Below, one piece after another: positions 28,281 to 36,552 of a stretch of 56,404 nucleotides of DNA (the stretch's first letter is position 1; the number at the start of each line of letters is the position of its first letter). The translations under genes and the position numbers were made by a program. This stretch comes from a virus (taxonomy: Duplodnaviria > Caudoviricetes), in IMG/VR virus record IMGVR_UViG_3300012359_000004, positions 1 to 56,404 of that record; one strand, written 5' to 3'. The notes below the pieces were generated by a model. It did not search any database. It saw nothing but the letters and a program-made list of their open reading frames with translations, and was not told the DNA's origin.

Positions 28281-28461
28281 ACGCCGTCTTGCCCCGCTTC
28301 TTTGATAACTGAGCAGTTGGACTTTCAGCAGTCAGTCGCACTGCCAATCTCACCGCATCGGAGGCCGTACTGAGCCCGTACTTGTCCATGATCGTGGCGA
28401 TAGCCTGGGTGTCCACCGCGCCGAGATAATGTGTTTTGCGTTGATAGTTGAGTTTGAGCAT
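28279..28461 (-). CDS. small ribbon-helix-helix-like protein
   Basis: RKTHYL..D..AIATIMDKYGLSTASDAVRLAVR; AGGAGG RBS. Confidence 0.7.
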   Translation of the reverse strand: MLKLNYQRKTHYLGAVDTQAIATIMDKYGLSTASDAVRLAVRLTAESPTAQLSKKRGKTA

Positions 28462-28624
28462 CGTCCCTCCCTTTCGACATGTACACAAGGTCATGCTGAA
28501 AGTATACATGATGACACCCGGAAATGGGACGTTGTGGGACATTGCGAGTGGGATTTGTTGGGGAAATGTTGGGTGTCATGACGGGGACTATGGAGAGACG
28601 GTATTGTCTCTCCATAGCAGACTT

Positions 28625-29203
28625 TTAGAATAATTCTTGTTGGTTGCCTTTAGTTTTATTTACCTTCTTTACAACACGCAATTCCAGTTGCGTGTCTGTT
28701 GATGCCAGCAATCTTAGAGAAAACCGAATTACATCGCTATCACTCGATAGCCCATAGCGATGTTTGATCGTGTCAATATCTCTATCACTCTGCATGCTAC
28801 TATAAAATGTTCTTCGGGCAATCTGAGACCGATGGGCAAATGAATTTGTATCAAAGGGTTTGGGTTGCGCTCGTTCACCAGACTGATTATTGATAACATT
28901 GGTGATAGAATGTCCTTGCTCTTTATAATAATTCATCCAATATATTTCGCGCATCTCTCCCTGATCTCTTGGCACTTCTTCAACAATGCGCATTTCTGGC
29001 ACCAGCCCCCTTTTTATCAGGCCTTGAATCCAATCCCCTTTTTGAGATCGTGTATGATCGTGCATGTGAGCATTAAATCTACTTTCTGGATGGAGAGATT
29101 TGCCGATGTAGCGTACTTGTTCGGTTTCAGGATCAACAAGTGCATAGATGGAGATGAGGGTTTTGTAATTGCGGTCAGGGGAATTTAATGGTAAACTGTT
29201 CAC
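28625..29203 (-). CDS. GIY-YIG endonuclease fused to an RHH-like domain
   Basis: SIYALVDP..RYIGKS..R..H..REIYW..TN; C-terminus similar to 28279-28461. Confidence 0.85.
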   Translation of the reverse strand: MNSLPLNSPDRNYKTLISIYALVDPETEQVRYIGKSLHPESRFNAHMHDHTRSQKGDWIQGLIKRGLVPEMRIVEEVPRDQGEMREIYWMNYYKEQGHSITNVINNQSGERAQPKPFDTNSFAHRSQIARRTFYSSMQSDRDIDTIKHRYGLSSDSDVIRFSLRLLASTDTQLELRVVKKVNKTKGNQQELF

Positions 29204-29312
29204 AGGCTAGCCTCCTAACGGGTTAGTCTCACGCCTGGGGGTGCTTCCAACACCGTCCAGGCACACCAATATTTTAGGTTTCTATTATACCATATTCCCC
29301 TTATCTGAGCAA
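29201..29312 (-). promoter_or_regulatory. conserved endonuclease leader, copy A
   Basis: TTGCTC-17-TATAAT; GCCTGG-AC-GGTG[TTGGAAG]CACC-C-CCAGGC; ACTAACC..TAGGAGGCTAGC. Confidence 0.8.
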
Positions 29313-29331
29313 GAAAAATGCCCTTAAATCC

Positions 29332-29360
29332 TTGCAAAATGCGTGACGTTGTGTCATACT
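29332..29360 (+). promoter_or_regulatory. promoter of recombinase 2
   Basis: TTGCAA-17-CATACT. Confidence 0.55.
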
Positions 29361-29363
29361 TCT

Positions 29364-29391
29364 ATTTGAACTAATTCTCGTTAGATGTAAT
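29364..29391. other. dif/xrs-like 28-bp recombination site
   Basis: ATTTGAACTAA-TTCTCG-TTAGATGTAAT: 11-6-11, arms 8/11 inverted, TAA/TTA inner edges. Confidence 0.55.
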
Positions 29392-29413
29392 ACTAGCAAG
29401 CAGGTAGGAAGAT

Positions 29414-30382
29414 ATGGACGGGCAAGTTTTACCAGTTCCGAACGATAAGACAAGCATTGACTTTGCTGTTACCAAATGGCTGGAAGCCAGCTTTTCACAT
29501 TCTCAGAGTTTGCGCACTATTGGTGAATACAAGGATACTCTTGAGTCTTTTCGTTCCTACCTTCACCTCGATGGACTTGATCTGTTGAGCAATCCCGATC
29601 TGGTTTCATCTCATGCTCAGACCTGGGCTAGGATACGTTCAGATAAATCACGGCGTCCGGGCCCAGTCTCAGGAGCTACGTATAATTTGCGATTGGCGGC
29701 CATAAGCAGCTTCTATCAGTACTGCATACAGTCTTTGCGTTACAAGGGTGAAAATCCGATTAGCCGCCTCAAAAAGACAAAGGTTCAGAAGTATGGAAAA
29801 GCCCGCTCTCTGAACCGAGGGGAAGTTATACGGTTACTTAAAAAGATTGATCGCAGTACGCTTGAAGGACAACGTGATTATGTGCTCCTACAAGTTGGTT
29901 TGAATACAGGTAGACGGGCACAAGAATTAGCGTCTCTGCGATGGCGACATGTTGAGATGGAAGGTGAGTGTGTGACTTTGACTTTTGAAGAGTGCAAAGG
30001 GCATAAAACAATGCGTGATACCTTGGCTGCCAGCCTTTCTAAAGCGTTGCTTCGGTATCTGCGTACCGTCTATGATGGACTACACAATATGGAACCTGAG
30101 AGCCCCCTTTGGGTTTCTTTCAGCGACCGCAATAAGGGCAAAGGAATAGGGATGCAAACCATTGCCGATATCTGTGAGGCTCGCTTAGGAGTTTCAACGG
30201 TGCATAGTATGCGCCATACCTTCGCCCATACTATGCAAGAAGCTGGGGCCAGCATTACAGATATTCAGTCTCGTTTAGGGCATGAAAGCCTGGCAACAAC
30301 AGGGATTTATCTAGCCCGCTTAAAAAGCGCTTATAATCCCTATGCTGAGAAGATAGCGGGTATGTTTGGACTCGAAGAGTAA
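29414..30382 (+). CDS. tyrosine recombinase 2 (Xer-like)
   Basis: TGRRAQEL, CKG, HSMRHTFA, LGHESLATTGIY. Confidence 0.95.
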   Translation: MDGQVLPVPNDKTSIDFAVTKWLEASFSHSQSLRTIGEYKDTLESFRSYLHLDGLDLLSNPDLVSSHAQTWARIRSDKSRRPGPVSGATYNLRLAAISSFYQYCIQSLRYKGENPISRLKKTKVQKYGKARSLNRGEVIRLLKKIDRSTLEGQRDYVLLQVGLNTGRRAQELASLRWRHVEMEGECVTLTFEECKGHKTMRDTLAASLSKALLRYLRTVYDGLHNMEPESPLWVSFSDRNKGKGIGMQTIADICEARLGVSTVHSMRHTFAHTMQEAGASITDIQSRLGHESLATTGIYLARLKSAYNPYAEKIAGMFGLEE

Positions 30383-30396
30383 AGGAAGGACAGACC

Positions 30397-31323
30397 ATGG
30401 ATTGGAGAGACATTACAACCAGGGACGCCTATCTTGCAGGCTCTCTAGCCGCTCGTTCTTGGGAACCGTGGGACGAGACGACCGCAGAGAGCGAAGCCGA
30501 TAGCGTCGGGCTATCAGGTGAACGCCGTGCCGACTTCCTGCGAGGCTGGCACGATGAGCGAGTGGAACAGGACAAAGAGCGCGACCCGAAAGAGGTCATG
30601 CTGCGAGAGTATGACGAGATGGCAACTGGTTGGGACAAAGGCGACCCTGCTGCAAGATGAAGGGAAGGGAATGATGGACGAACAAACCAAACTATCAAAG
30701 GATGCATGGGACATCCTTGAACTCGTGCGCGTCAGAAAGTATATTCCAAAGAGTCGCGTTCAAGAGCAATGGAGTCCCGAGTCTGTTCTGGCATTGCGCG
30801 AATTGCTCTTAGCTGGATTAATTGAAGAGATAGCCGTCTATCAGCTCAAGGAAGAAAGAGATGCACGACCGCACGAAACGCGATGAGGATGTAGCCGCAG
30901 AATTGGACTATATACGCGCCAATATAGAGCTTATGCGTCACGCCAATGATCCGCTTGATACGCCGCTAGACGTGAAAGTACAGGCATTCACGATAGAGCG
31001 ATTGAAGCGCTACATGGCCGATGTCAGGTATACTGGCAGCATGGACAGCCTGATAAATGATATCCTCAAGGATTGGCTGTATGGAGAGGGGGAATAAAGC
31101 AATGGCAGAATTTCAAGGCAGTTGGATAGAAGCCCTGCAAAATGATAAAATCCCTACCCATATCTATCATTGGCAGAATGGGATGGTTATGTGTTTCAAC
31201 GCCAAAGGAGAGCAGATACCAGAATACCAGGGAACATATGAGGAAGCAATCAAAGCTATACCTCAAGAATATCACTACTTGATTGAGGACAAGGTATGGC
31301 CTGGGACGTGGCTCACTACGTAG
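30397..31323 (+). other. four small hypothetical genes (30397-30660, 30671-30886, 30861-31097, 31102-31323)
   Basis: packed ORFs with RBSs downstream of recombinase 2. Confidence 0.65.
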
Positions 31324-31528
31324 TCGGCTCCGTCTCTCCGTCATCCATCCACGCATCTTCACCTGGCACACCGTCTAGCAGCCACGCCTCTTGCGCCTTT
31401 CGCATCGCGTCCAGGTCCTCCACCGTATTCCACGTCACGAGTTCCACGCCTGGCTTGATCTGCTGCAATTTCGCTGTTGTGGAGCGCGAGAAACCGACTT
31501 TGCGAAAGTGGCGATTGATGACGAACAT
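31316..31528 (-). CDS. hypothetical protein (70 aa)
   Basis: AGGAGG RBS before MFVINRHF. Confidence 0.6.
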   Translation of the reverse strand: MFVINRHFRKVGFSRSTTAKLQQIKPGVELVTWNTVEDLDAMRKAQEAWLLDGVPGEDAWMDDGETEPTT

Positions 31529-31578
31529 AGCACCTCCTATGAGTTTTGGTGAACCTGGGAAATTGGTACCGAAAACCC

Positions 31579-31607
31579 TTGACTTTTCTACGTACATAGA
31601 ATATAAT
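31579..31607 (+). promoter_or_regulatory. strong sigma70 promoter
   Basis: TTGACT-17-TATAAT; TTCTACGTACATAGAA in spacer. Confidence 0.85.
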
Positions 31608-31660
31608 AAGAATGTACCAAGAATGAGGTACGCGAAATGAGAAAGCGAGGAGATAAGGCA

Positions 31661-32044
31661 ATGGAGAAAAAAGTATTCGAGAGCCACCATAAGGTTGGTG
31701 ATGTGATTTCTTACGAAGGAAAGTTCTGGATTGCAGAAAGCAGCGTCTATCAGAATGCTGCTGATATGGAAGATGGATTTGACATCTTCCTCGATTCGGG
31801 TTACTACACCGTAGCCCATGAGGCTTCTCCTGAAGAGACTCAGGCATATCTTGATACTCTTGCTCAGACTAAAAAGCAGGAGCAAGATAAAGCAAACTCT
31901 TTCCAGGTTGGTCAGACAGTCCGCCGCCGTGGTTCGACAAAAACAGCAATAGTGCTTGAGGTTCAAGCCGAACAAGGGATGCTTCGGCTTCAGTTTGGCA
32001 GTATCACCTCGCGGGAAACTGCCAAGAACTTTGAGATCGCTTAG
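31661..32044 (+). CDS. hypothetical protein
   Basis: ORF after promoter, GGAG RBS. Confidence 0.7.
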   Translation: MEKKVFESHHKVGDVISYEGKFWIAESSVYQNAADMEDGFDIFLDSGYYTVAHEASPEETQAYLDTLAQTKKQEQDKANSFQVGQTVRRRGSTKTAIVLEVQAEQGMLRLQFGSITSRETAKNFEIA

Positions 32045-32045
32045 C

Positions 32046-32234
32046 ATGAAAACAATATCAGAGATTGCTATTGAGTGTGGTGTCCATCGCACCACACTCA
32101 ATAAGGCAATACAACGTGGTGATATTGTCGCCACGCTATATGGCAAAACATACCTACTTGATACTGAGGATATCTCATTCAAGCAGTGGCTATCAAAGCA
32201 TAATGCCCGTAAATCTGCTGCCTCTCCAAAGTGA
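32046..32234 (+). CDS. HTH_17-like DNA-binding protein
   Basis: TISEIAIECGVHRTTLNKAIQRG.I.A...GKTYLL. Confidence 0.8.
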   Translation: MKTISEIAIECGVHRTTLNKAIQRGDIVATLYGKTYLLDTEDISFKQWLSKHNARKSAASPK

Positions 32235-32274
32235 GAGGCATATTCTTGAGTATTGGAAAGAGGCAACGAATTAA

Positions 32275-32613
32275 ATGCAAACCAAGCAGGAGCGACGAGA
32301 ATATAACCAAAAGTATAAGAAAGAAGGCTATGGGCCTTGCATCTACCTCATCACAAACAAACTCACAGGCGAGCAGTATATTGGGGCTACAGTCAATCTG
32401 AGGCAAAGGATGTTTGCTCACTGGTGCAGTTTAAGAGGAGGTAGGCACCACTCAGAGAGATTCGTTGAGGCTTTCTATCGCGACGGGAAAAGCGCGTTTG
32501 AAGTAAGCGTGTTGGAATATCTTGCTGAACGTCTGCTCTATCAGCGTGAGGCTTATTACATCATCACTATGCAACCAGCCTATAATGACACACACAAGAA
32601 AAGCATGGCTTAG
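32275..32613 (+). CDS. GIY-YIG endonuclease (catalytic domain only)
   Basis: CIYLITN..YIGAT..R..H..REAYYI..PAYN. Confidence 0.9.
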   Translation: MQTKQERREYNQKYKKEGYGPCIYLITNKLTGEQYIGATVNLRQRMFAHWCSLRGGRHHSERFVEAFYRDGKSAFEVSVLEYLAERLLYQREAYYIITMQPAYNDTHKKSMA

Positions 32614-32654
32614 AGAAAAGGCAAGCCAAGACGAAGAATAAATTGTTAAGGTGC

Positions 32655-32684
32655 TAGCCGCTCCACGAGGGACGCGGCTATTTT
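32655..32684. terminator. terminator at the early/late convergence
   Basis: TAGCCGC/GCGGCTA then TTTT. Confidence 0.55.
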
Positions 32685-33310
32685 GTTGGCTGCACGACCG
32701 GTATCAACGCGCTATCGTTCCAATTTCGCTGGTCGGGCTGCATGGTCAAATCGGGCGTTGCTGTCAATGTGGCCATATTTGCCCCTGGCGCATTGGGCAC
32801 CATATTTGCTGTAGCCAAATTCACCGCAGGTAGCACCGAGACCGGATTGGGTACAAACTGTGGCCGCTGTGGGATAACCGACTGGGGTGCTTGCACTGTA
32901 GGTGCTGGCGCAATCGGCTGTTGTTGGCTCTGTACTGGCTCTGGTGGCTTCGTCTGTACAGGTGCTTGCGGTGGTGAGCTGATCTCGACAGGCGGCTGTA
33001 CGACCACCGTAGGCGTAGCTTGTGCTTGTTGCTGAAACACCTGGACGAGACCCGGAATGATGCCAACAAACTGGGAGATCACCTGCTGCAAAGATTGCTG
33101 TTGCTGGCCTATCTGCGCTTGCTGGCCAGGTGAGGGAGCTTTAAACGCCAGATTGAGGCCGAAGACACCGGCGGCTATGCCCCAAATGGCTAATGCTCCA
33201 TTCAGATCAATCTTGCCGATATACAGCAACGCTGCGCCGATAATGGCAAGCAGGCACGCGAAGAGAATGGCCGCAATTTCAAGGGCGAGATTGGTGTTTT
33301 GTTGTTGCAT
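32678..33310 (-). CDS. two-TM membrane protein with Pro/Gln-rich tail (holin candidate)
   Basis: two TM helices; last gene of the lysis region. Confidence 0.7.
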   Translation of the reverse strand: MQQQNTNLALEIAAILFACLLAIIGAALLYIGKIDLNGALAIWGIAAGVFGLNLAFKAPSPGQQAQIGQQQQSLQQVISQFVGIIPGLVQVFQQQAQATPTVVVQPPVEISSPPQAPVQTKPPEPVQSQQQPIAPAPTVQAPQSVIPQRPQFVPNPVSVLPAVNLATANMVPNAPGANMATLTATPDLTMQPDQRNWNDSALIPVVQPTK

Positions 33311-33360
33311 ACGTTTGTTCCTTTCGTGTTATACTGTTGTTCAAAACGAGAGAGAAACCG

Positions 33361-33675
33361 ATGACTACGAACGGGCGTGATACACATTTTCAAGGTTTTG
33401 CTGACCTTCTTTTTCCAGAGATTTCTAAACTTTTCTTTACCATGTATGCCCGTATCTTGGAACATAGGCAGATAGAAGAAATCGATGCAATTGAGGATGA
33501 GATTAGAACCCTCATCGCTCAGGGTGCTTATGATCTGGCTATTCATGTCTTGAGTCATGCGAATGAACGCATGAACTTGAAATTAACGAACATCAAGGCG
33601 TGGGTGGACTTAGGAATACCAGACCTCACAGAATGGCCTACTCGTGGAAGCCCAGACTTACCAGAGCAGCAATAA
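33361..33675 (+). CDS. hypothetical protein, paralog of 33862-34140
   Basis: RDTHFQGFA..IAQGAYDL. Confidence 0.75.
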   Translation: MTTNGRDTHFQGFADLLFPEISKLFFTMYARILEHRQIEEIDAIEDEIRTLIAQGAYDLAIHVLSHANERMNLKLTNIKAWVDLGIPDLTEWPTRGSPDLPEQQ

Positions 33676-33814
33676 TCAAGAGAAAAGCCAGGATGCCGTA
33701 AGCGATAGCCCAGCCCCATGAGCCACCTCTGTAGTGAGTCAGAGCCAATTCAGTAGAGCGAACGACAAACCAGAGCAGGATGAGAAAGCCGACGTGCGTT
33801 TGTAAAACCAGCAT
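33638..33814 (-). CDS. small two-TM protein (58 aa; holin/antiholin candidate, not in ORF track)
   Basis: MLVLQTHVGFLILLWFVV..GWAIAYGILAFLLIIAALVSLGFHE*; AAAGGA RBS. Confidence 0.6.
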   Translation of the reverse strand: MLVLQTHVGFLILLWFVVRSTELALTHYRGGSWGWAIAYGILAFLLIIAALVSLGFHE

Positions 33815-33861
33815 GTGTTTTTCCTTTCATGGTATACTTTTCTCAAAACGAGAGAAAACAA

Positions 33862-34140
33862 ATGAGTATAGAGCGGGATACGTACTTTCAAGATTACGCT
33901 GAGCAAGTTTGGCGCGATCTTATTGAAATCATAGGTGAGCCTTTGACCAATTCTGCTGCAAACTTTGAAGAGTTTCATCGGGAAAACAATAAGATCAAGC
34001 TGATTATCGCTCAAAACACCTATGATCTGATGCAGCAAGCCACTTTATCTATTAGTGACCAACAGACGCGGCAAGGCGGCGTTACATTGCATCCAAATGC
34101 GATGCTTCGAGTAGTGCCAGGTGTCCTACTTAACAAGTAA
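33862..34140 (+). CDS. hypothetical protein, paralog of 33361-33675
   Basis: RDTYFQDYA..IAQNTYDL. Confidence 0.75.
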   Translation: MSIERDTYFQDYAEQVWRDLIEIIGEPLTNSAANFEEFHRENNKIKLIIAQNTYDLMQQATLSISDQQTRQGGVTLHPNAMLRVVPGVLLNK

Positions 34141-34149
34141 TTTTTCCTC

Positions 34150-35112
34150 CTACACCTTCGCCACAATCGCCTTAATCGCGTTCATGGCATCGACCAGCGC
34201 TTGTGAGGTTTGTGGCTGCTGGGCAAGCTGTTGACGCAGCTTTGCTAGTTCAGGGTCTACACCAGGGCTGCCTGGCTCGTACAAAGCCACAGGCGAGACT
34301 TTCTGATCTTTCCACTGTCTGACACCAAACTGATAGAACTGGATCACCCAATTTTGATTGATGTAAATCTCGTTGCTCATGGGACGCCCCAGCACATCAA
34401 ACCCGCATAAGCCCTTGTTGCCCTCAGATTTGTAATTACCTAAAAGAGCATATTGAATGATCTTCCCTTGCCATGGCCCGCCAGTGTCCGTACATTCCCA
34501 CTGATGCGGGTTGAGCTCCTTGAAGTGTTTTTTGATTTCAGGATTATTGATATCGATAATCACGGTTTCCTCCTGTTGTGCTATTCGTTGGACGGTCCAG
34601 ATTTGTTTGAAGCGTAGCAGGGAAGCCCATTCAGCATCGCTTTTTTCGATAGGGCGAGCTATATACGGGTCCATCGCTGTTAGATGCCCAGGACCCTCTT
34701 CGAACCATGGGCATACGTGAGTCCAGCCCAATACATCACGTTGATAAGCGCTACAATACGGGTCGGGTATTGTGAAGATGACCGGGACCTGAGCTTGAAC
34801 ATATTTGTGGGCTTGTTGGACCAGGTAGCCAGGTTCACCGTCCAGCGAGGAGAGCTTGAAGCCTCGTGATTGGCAGAAGGGAATATATCTCGCTGCTGCT
34901 GTGCCATCATTGCGGTACGCTTCCCCATAAACATTGTCCTTCAGGAGGTCCGGATTCAGTTCCTGGTCCCATTGGTGCTTGCCCTCATACCAGAGCATAG
35001 CCGCTCCAATCGAGGCGGGCACACATTCCCAGCCAGCATCCTCTGAAGGGCGATTGTCTGAAGTTATCGTGGTGAGTTGGCTCACCATGGGAAAATTAGC
35101 TAATACTGCCAT
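34150..35112 (-). CDS. probable endolysin, C39-like cysteine peptidase
   Basis: SQL..CVPASIGAAM..THV..MDPY (Q/C/H/D pattern); position next to TM genes. Confidence 0.7.
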   Translation of the reverse strand: MAVLANFPMVSQLTTITSDNRPSEDAGWECVPASIGAAMLWYEGKHQWDQELNPDLLKDNVYGEAYRNDGTAAARYIPFCQSRGFKLSSLDGEPGYLVQQAHKYVQAQVPVIFTIPDPYCSAYQRDVLGWTHVCPWFEEGPGHLTAMDPYIARPIEKSDAEWASLLRFKQIWTVQRIAQQEETVIIDINNPEIKKHFKELNPHQWECTDTGGPWQGKIIQYALLGNYKSEGNKGLCGFDVLGRPMSNEIYINQNWVIQFYQFGVRQWKDQKVSPVALYEPGSPGVDPELAKLRQQLAQQPQTSQALVDAMNAIKAIVAKV

Positions 35113-35114
35113 AA

Positions 35115-35225
35115 ACTAGCCTTTCAAGCGGATTTATGGTATAATAAGAACACCAAAAATGGTGTTGCCCTGGCGATGCTGGAAACATCCCAAGGCGTGA
35201 TAGCAAAGTTAGGAGCTTTACTATG
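35115..35225 (+). promoter_or_regulatory. conserved endonuclease leader, copy C
   Basis: TGGTATAAT; GCCCTGG-C-GATG[CTGGAAA]CATC-CCAAGGC; ATAGCAAAG[TTAGGAG]CTTTACTAT. Confidence 0.8.
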
Positions 35226-36191
35226 AAACCTATTATACCTCAAAAACATTGTTCCAAATGTCAACAAGAAAAACCTCTTACGAGAGAGTACTTTCATTGT
35301 GACAAATACCAAAAAGATGGCTTTACTAGCCGATGTATTGTTTGTCGTACTCCACCTAAAGTTATTCGCCTTCCTAAAGATACTGCCCCTGAAGGATATA
35401 AAACTTGTGATACGTGCAATCAGGTTTATCTTGCTACTACTGAGTTTTTTCATAGAGCACCGGACACTTATGACAGACTGCGATCTCGATGCAAAATATG
35501 TCAGAAAGAACATGATCGCCTTCGATACGCTCAAATGAAAGAGCATCCACTTAAAGATATGATTCCAAGCCATTTGACTTGCCCTATGTGTGAGCAATGT
35601 AAGCCAATTGCTCTTTTTCATAAAAGCCCAAAGGGGAAATATGGCTTGGCTGCCTACTGTAAGATTTGTGCTGCTCAAGTTGGCAAGCGTAGCCTTGCCA
35701 AACCAGAAGTAAAAGCTAAAGCAGACAAGCGTAGAAAAGACTATTATTATGAACATCAGGAAGAACAAAAGCAAAGCCGCCAGCAATGGTATCAAGCCAA
35801 TAGGGAACGCGTTCTTGAGGGAGACCACCAGTTCAGAAAAGAACATCCTGAAATCCTTGCTGAAAGATGGCAACGTTGGGCAAAGACTGAGCGCGGGTAT
35901 GAGCATTGTCGTGTACGTGTGCGCAATCGTCATGCTCGCAGTAAGGGAGCGCAAGGGAATTATACCTTTAACGATATTCAAAAGCAGTATGCAAATCAGA
36001 AGGGCAAATGCTACTATTGTCGGGTTAAGATAAAAAATCACACAAGCGCTTACCATATTGAGCATGTAATACCCCTCTCTCGTGGAGGGACTAATGATAT
36101 GAGCAATATTGTTCTTGCTTGTCCTTCCTGTAATCTGAGCAAAAGCAACAAGCTTCCCCATGAATGGCCCCAGGGAAACCGCTTGCTCTAA
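35223..36191 (+). CDS. HNH homing endonuclease with three CxxC..CxxC zinc modules
   Basis: CYYC..HIEHVIPLSRGGTN..NIVLACPSCNLSK. Confidence 0.93.
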   Translation: MKPIIPQKHCSKCQQEKPLTREYFHCDKYQKDGFTSRCIVCRTPPKVIRLPKDTAPEGYKTCDTCNQVYLATTEFFHRAPDTYDRLRSRCKICQKEHDRLRYAQMKEHPLKDMIPSHLTCPMCEQCKPIALFHKSPKGKYGLAAYCKICAAQVGKRSLAKPEVKAKADKRRKDYYYEHQEEQKQSRQQWYQANRERVLEGDHQFRKEHPEILAERWQRWAKTERGYEHCRVRVRNRHARSKGAQGNYTFNDIQKQYANQKGKCYYCRVKIKNHTSAYHIEHVIPLSRGGTNDMSNIVLACPSCNLSKSNKLPHEWPQGNRLL

Positions 36192-36213
36192 AACGCTCAT
36201 AAACCCCTCCTTT

Positions 36214-36552
36214 CTAATGAATCGGATTGACGGTAATCGTATCAATATTCATCGTTTTCGGGCCATTCGAGAAGATGATCGACAGATACACCGTCCACGT
36301 TCCCACTGTGTCAATATCTGCCGCTACCGGTTGATAGACCACAATGCTATTGGTCCCATCGGTATCCGTTTGTACGCTAAATGTCCCTCCGTTGCACACT
36401 TTCAGCACAGGCGGATTGGCCTGAGCATTGTACAGGTGCAGTGTAAAGTTGGCATTGGTAAAGCCGCTCAGATTGGGTCTTACTCCATTAATCAAGCTGA
36501 TCGGGAACCGAAATGGTGTCCCAGTATCGCCCTGGAAGGTCGTCATGCTCAT
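36214..36552 (-). CDS. BppU N-terminal-like virion protein
   Basis: QGDTGTP..Y.P.A.D.DTVGTW pattern. Confidence 0.6.
   Translation of the reverse strand: MSMTTFQGDTGTPFRFPISLINGVRPNLSGFTNANFTLHLYNAQANPPVLKVCNGGTFSVQTDTDGTNSIVVYQPVAADIDTVGTWTVYLSIIFSNGPKTMNIDTITVNPIH

Noticed and set aside
31316-32266. 316-aa minus-strand ORF
   Set aside because: crosses a strong plus-strand promoter and two genes; only the last 70 codons have an RBS
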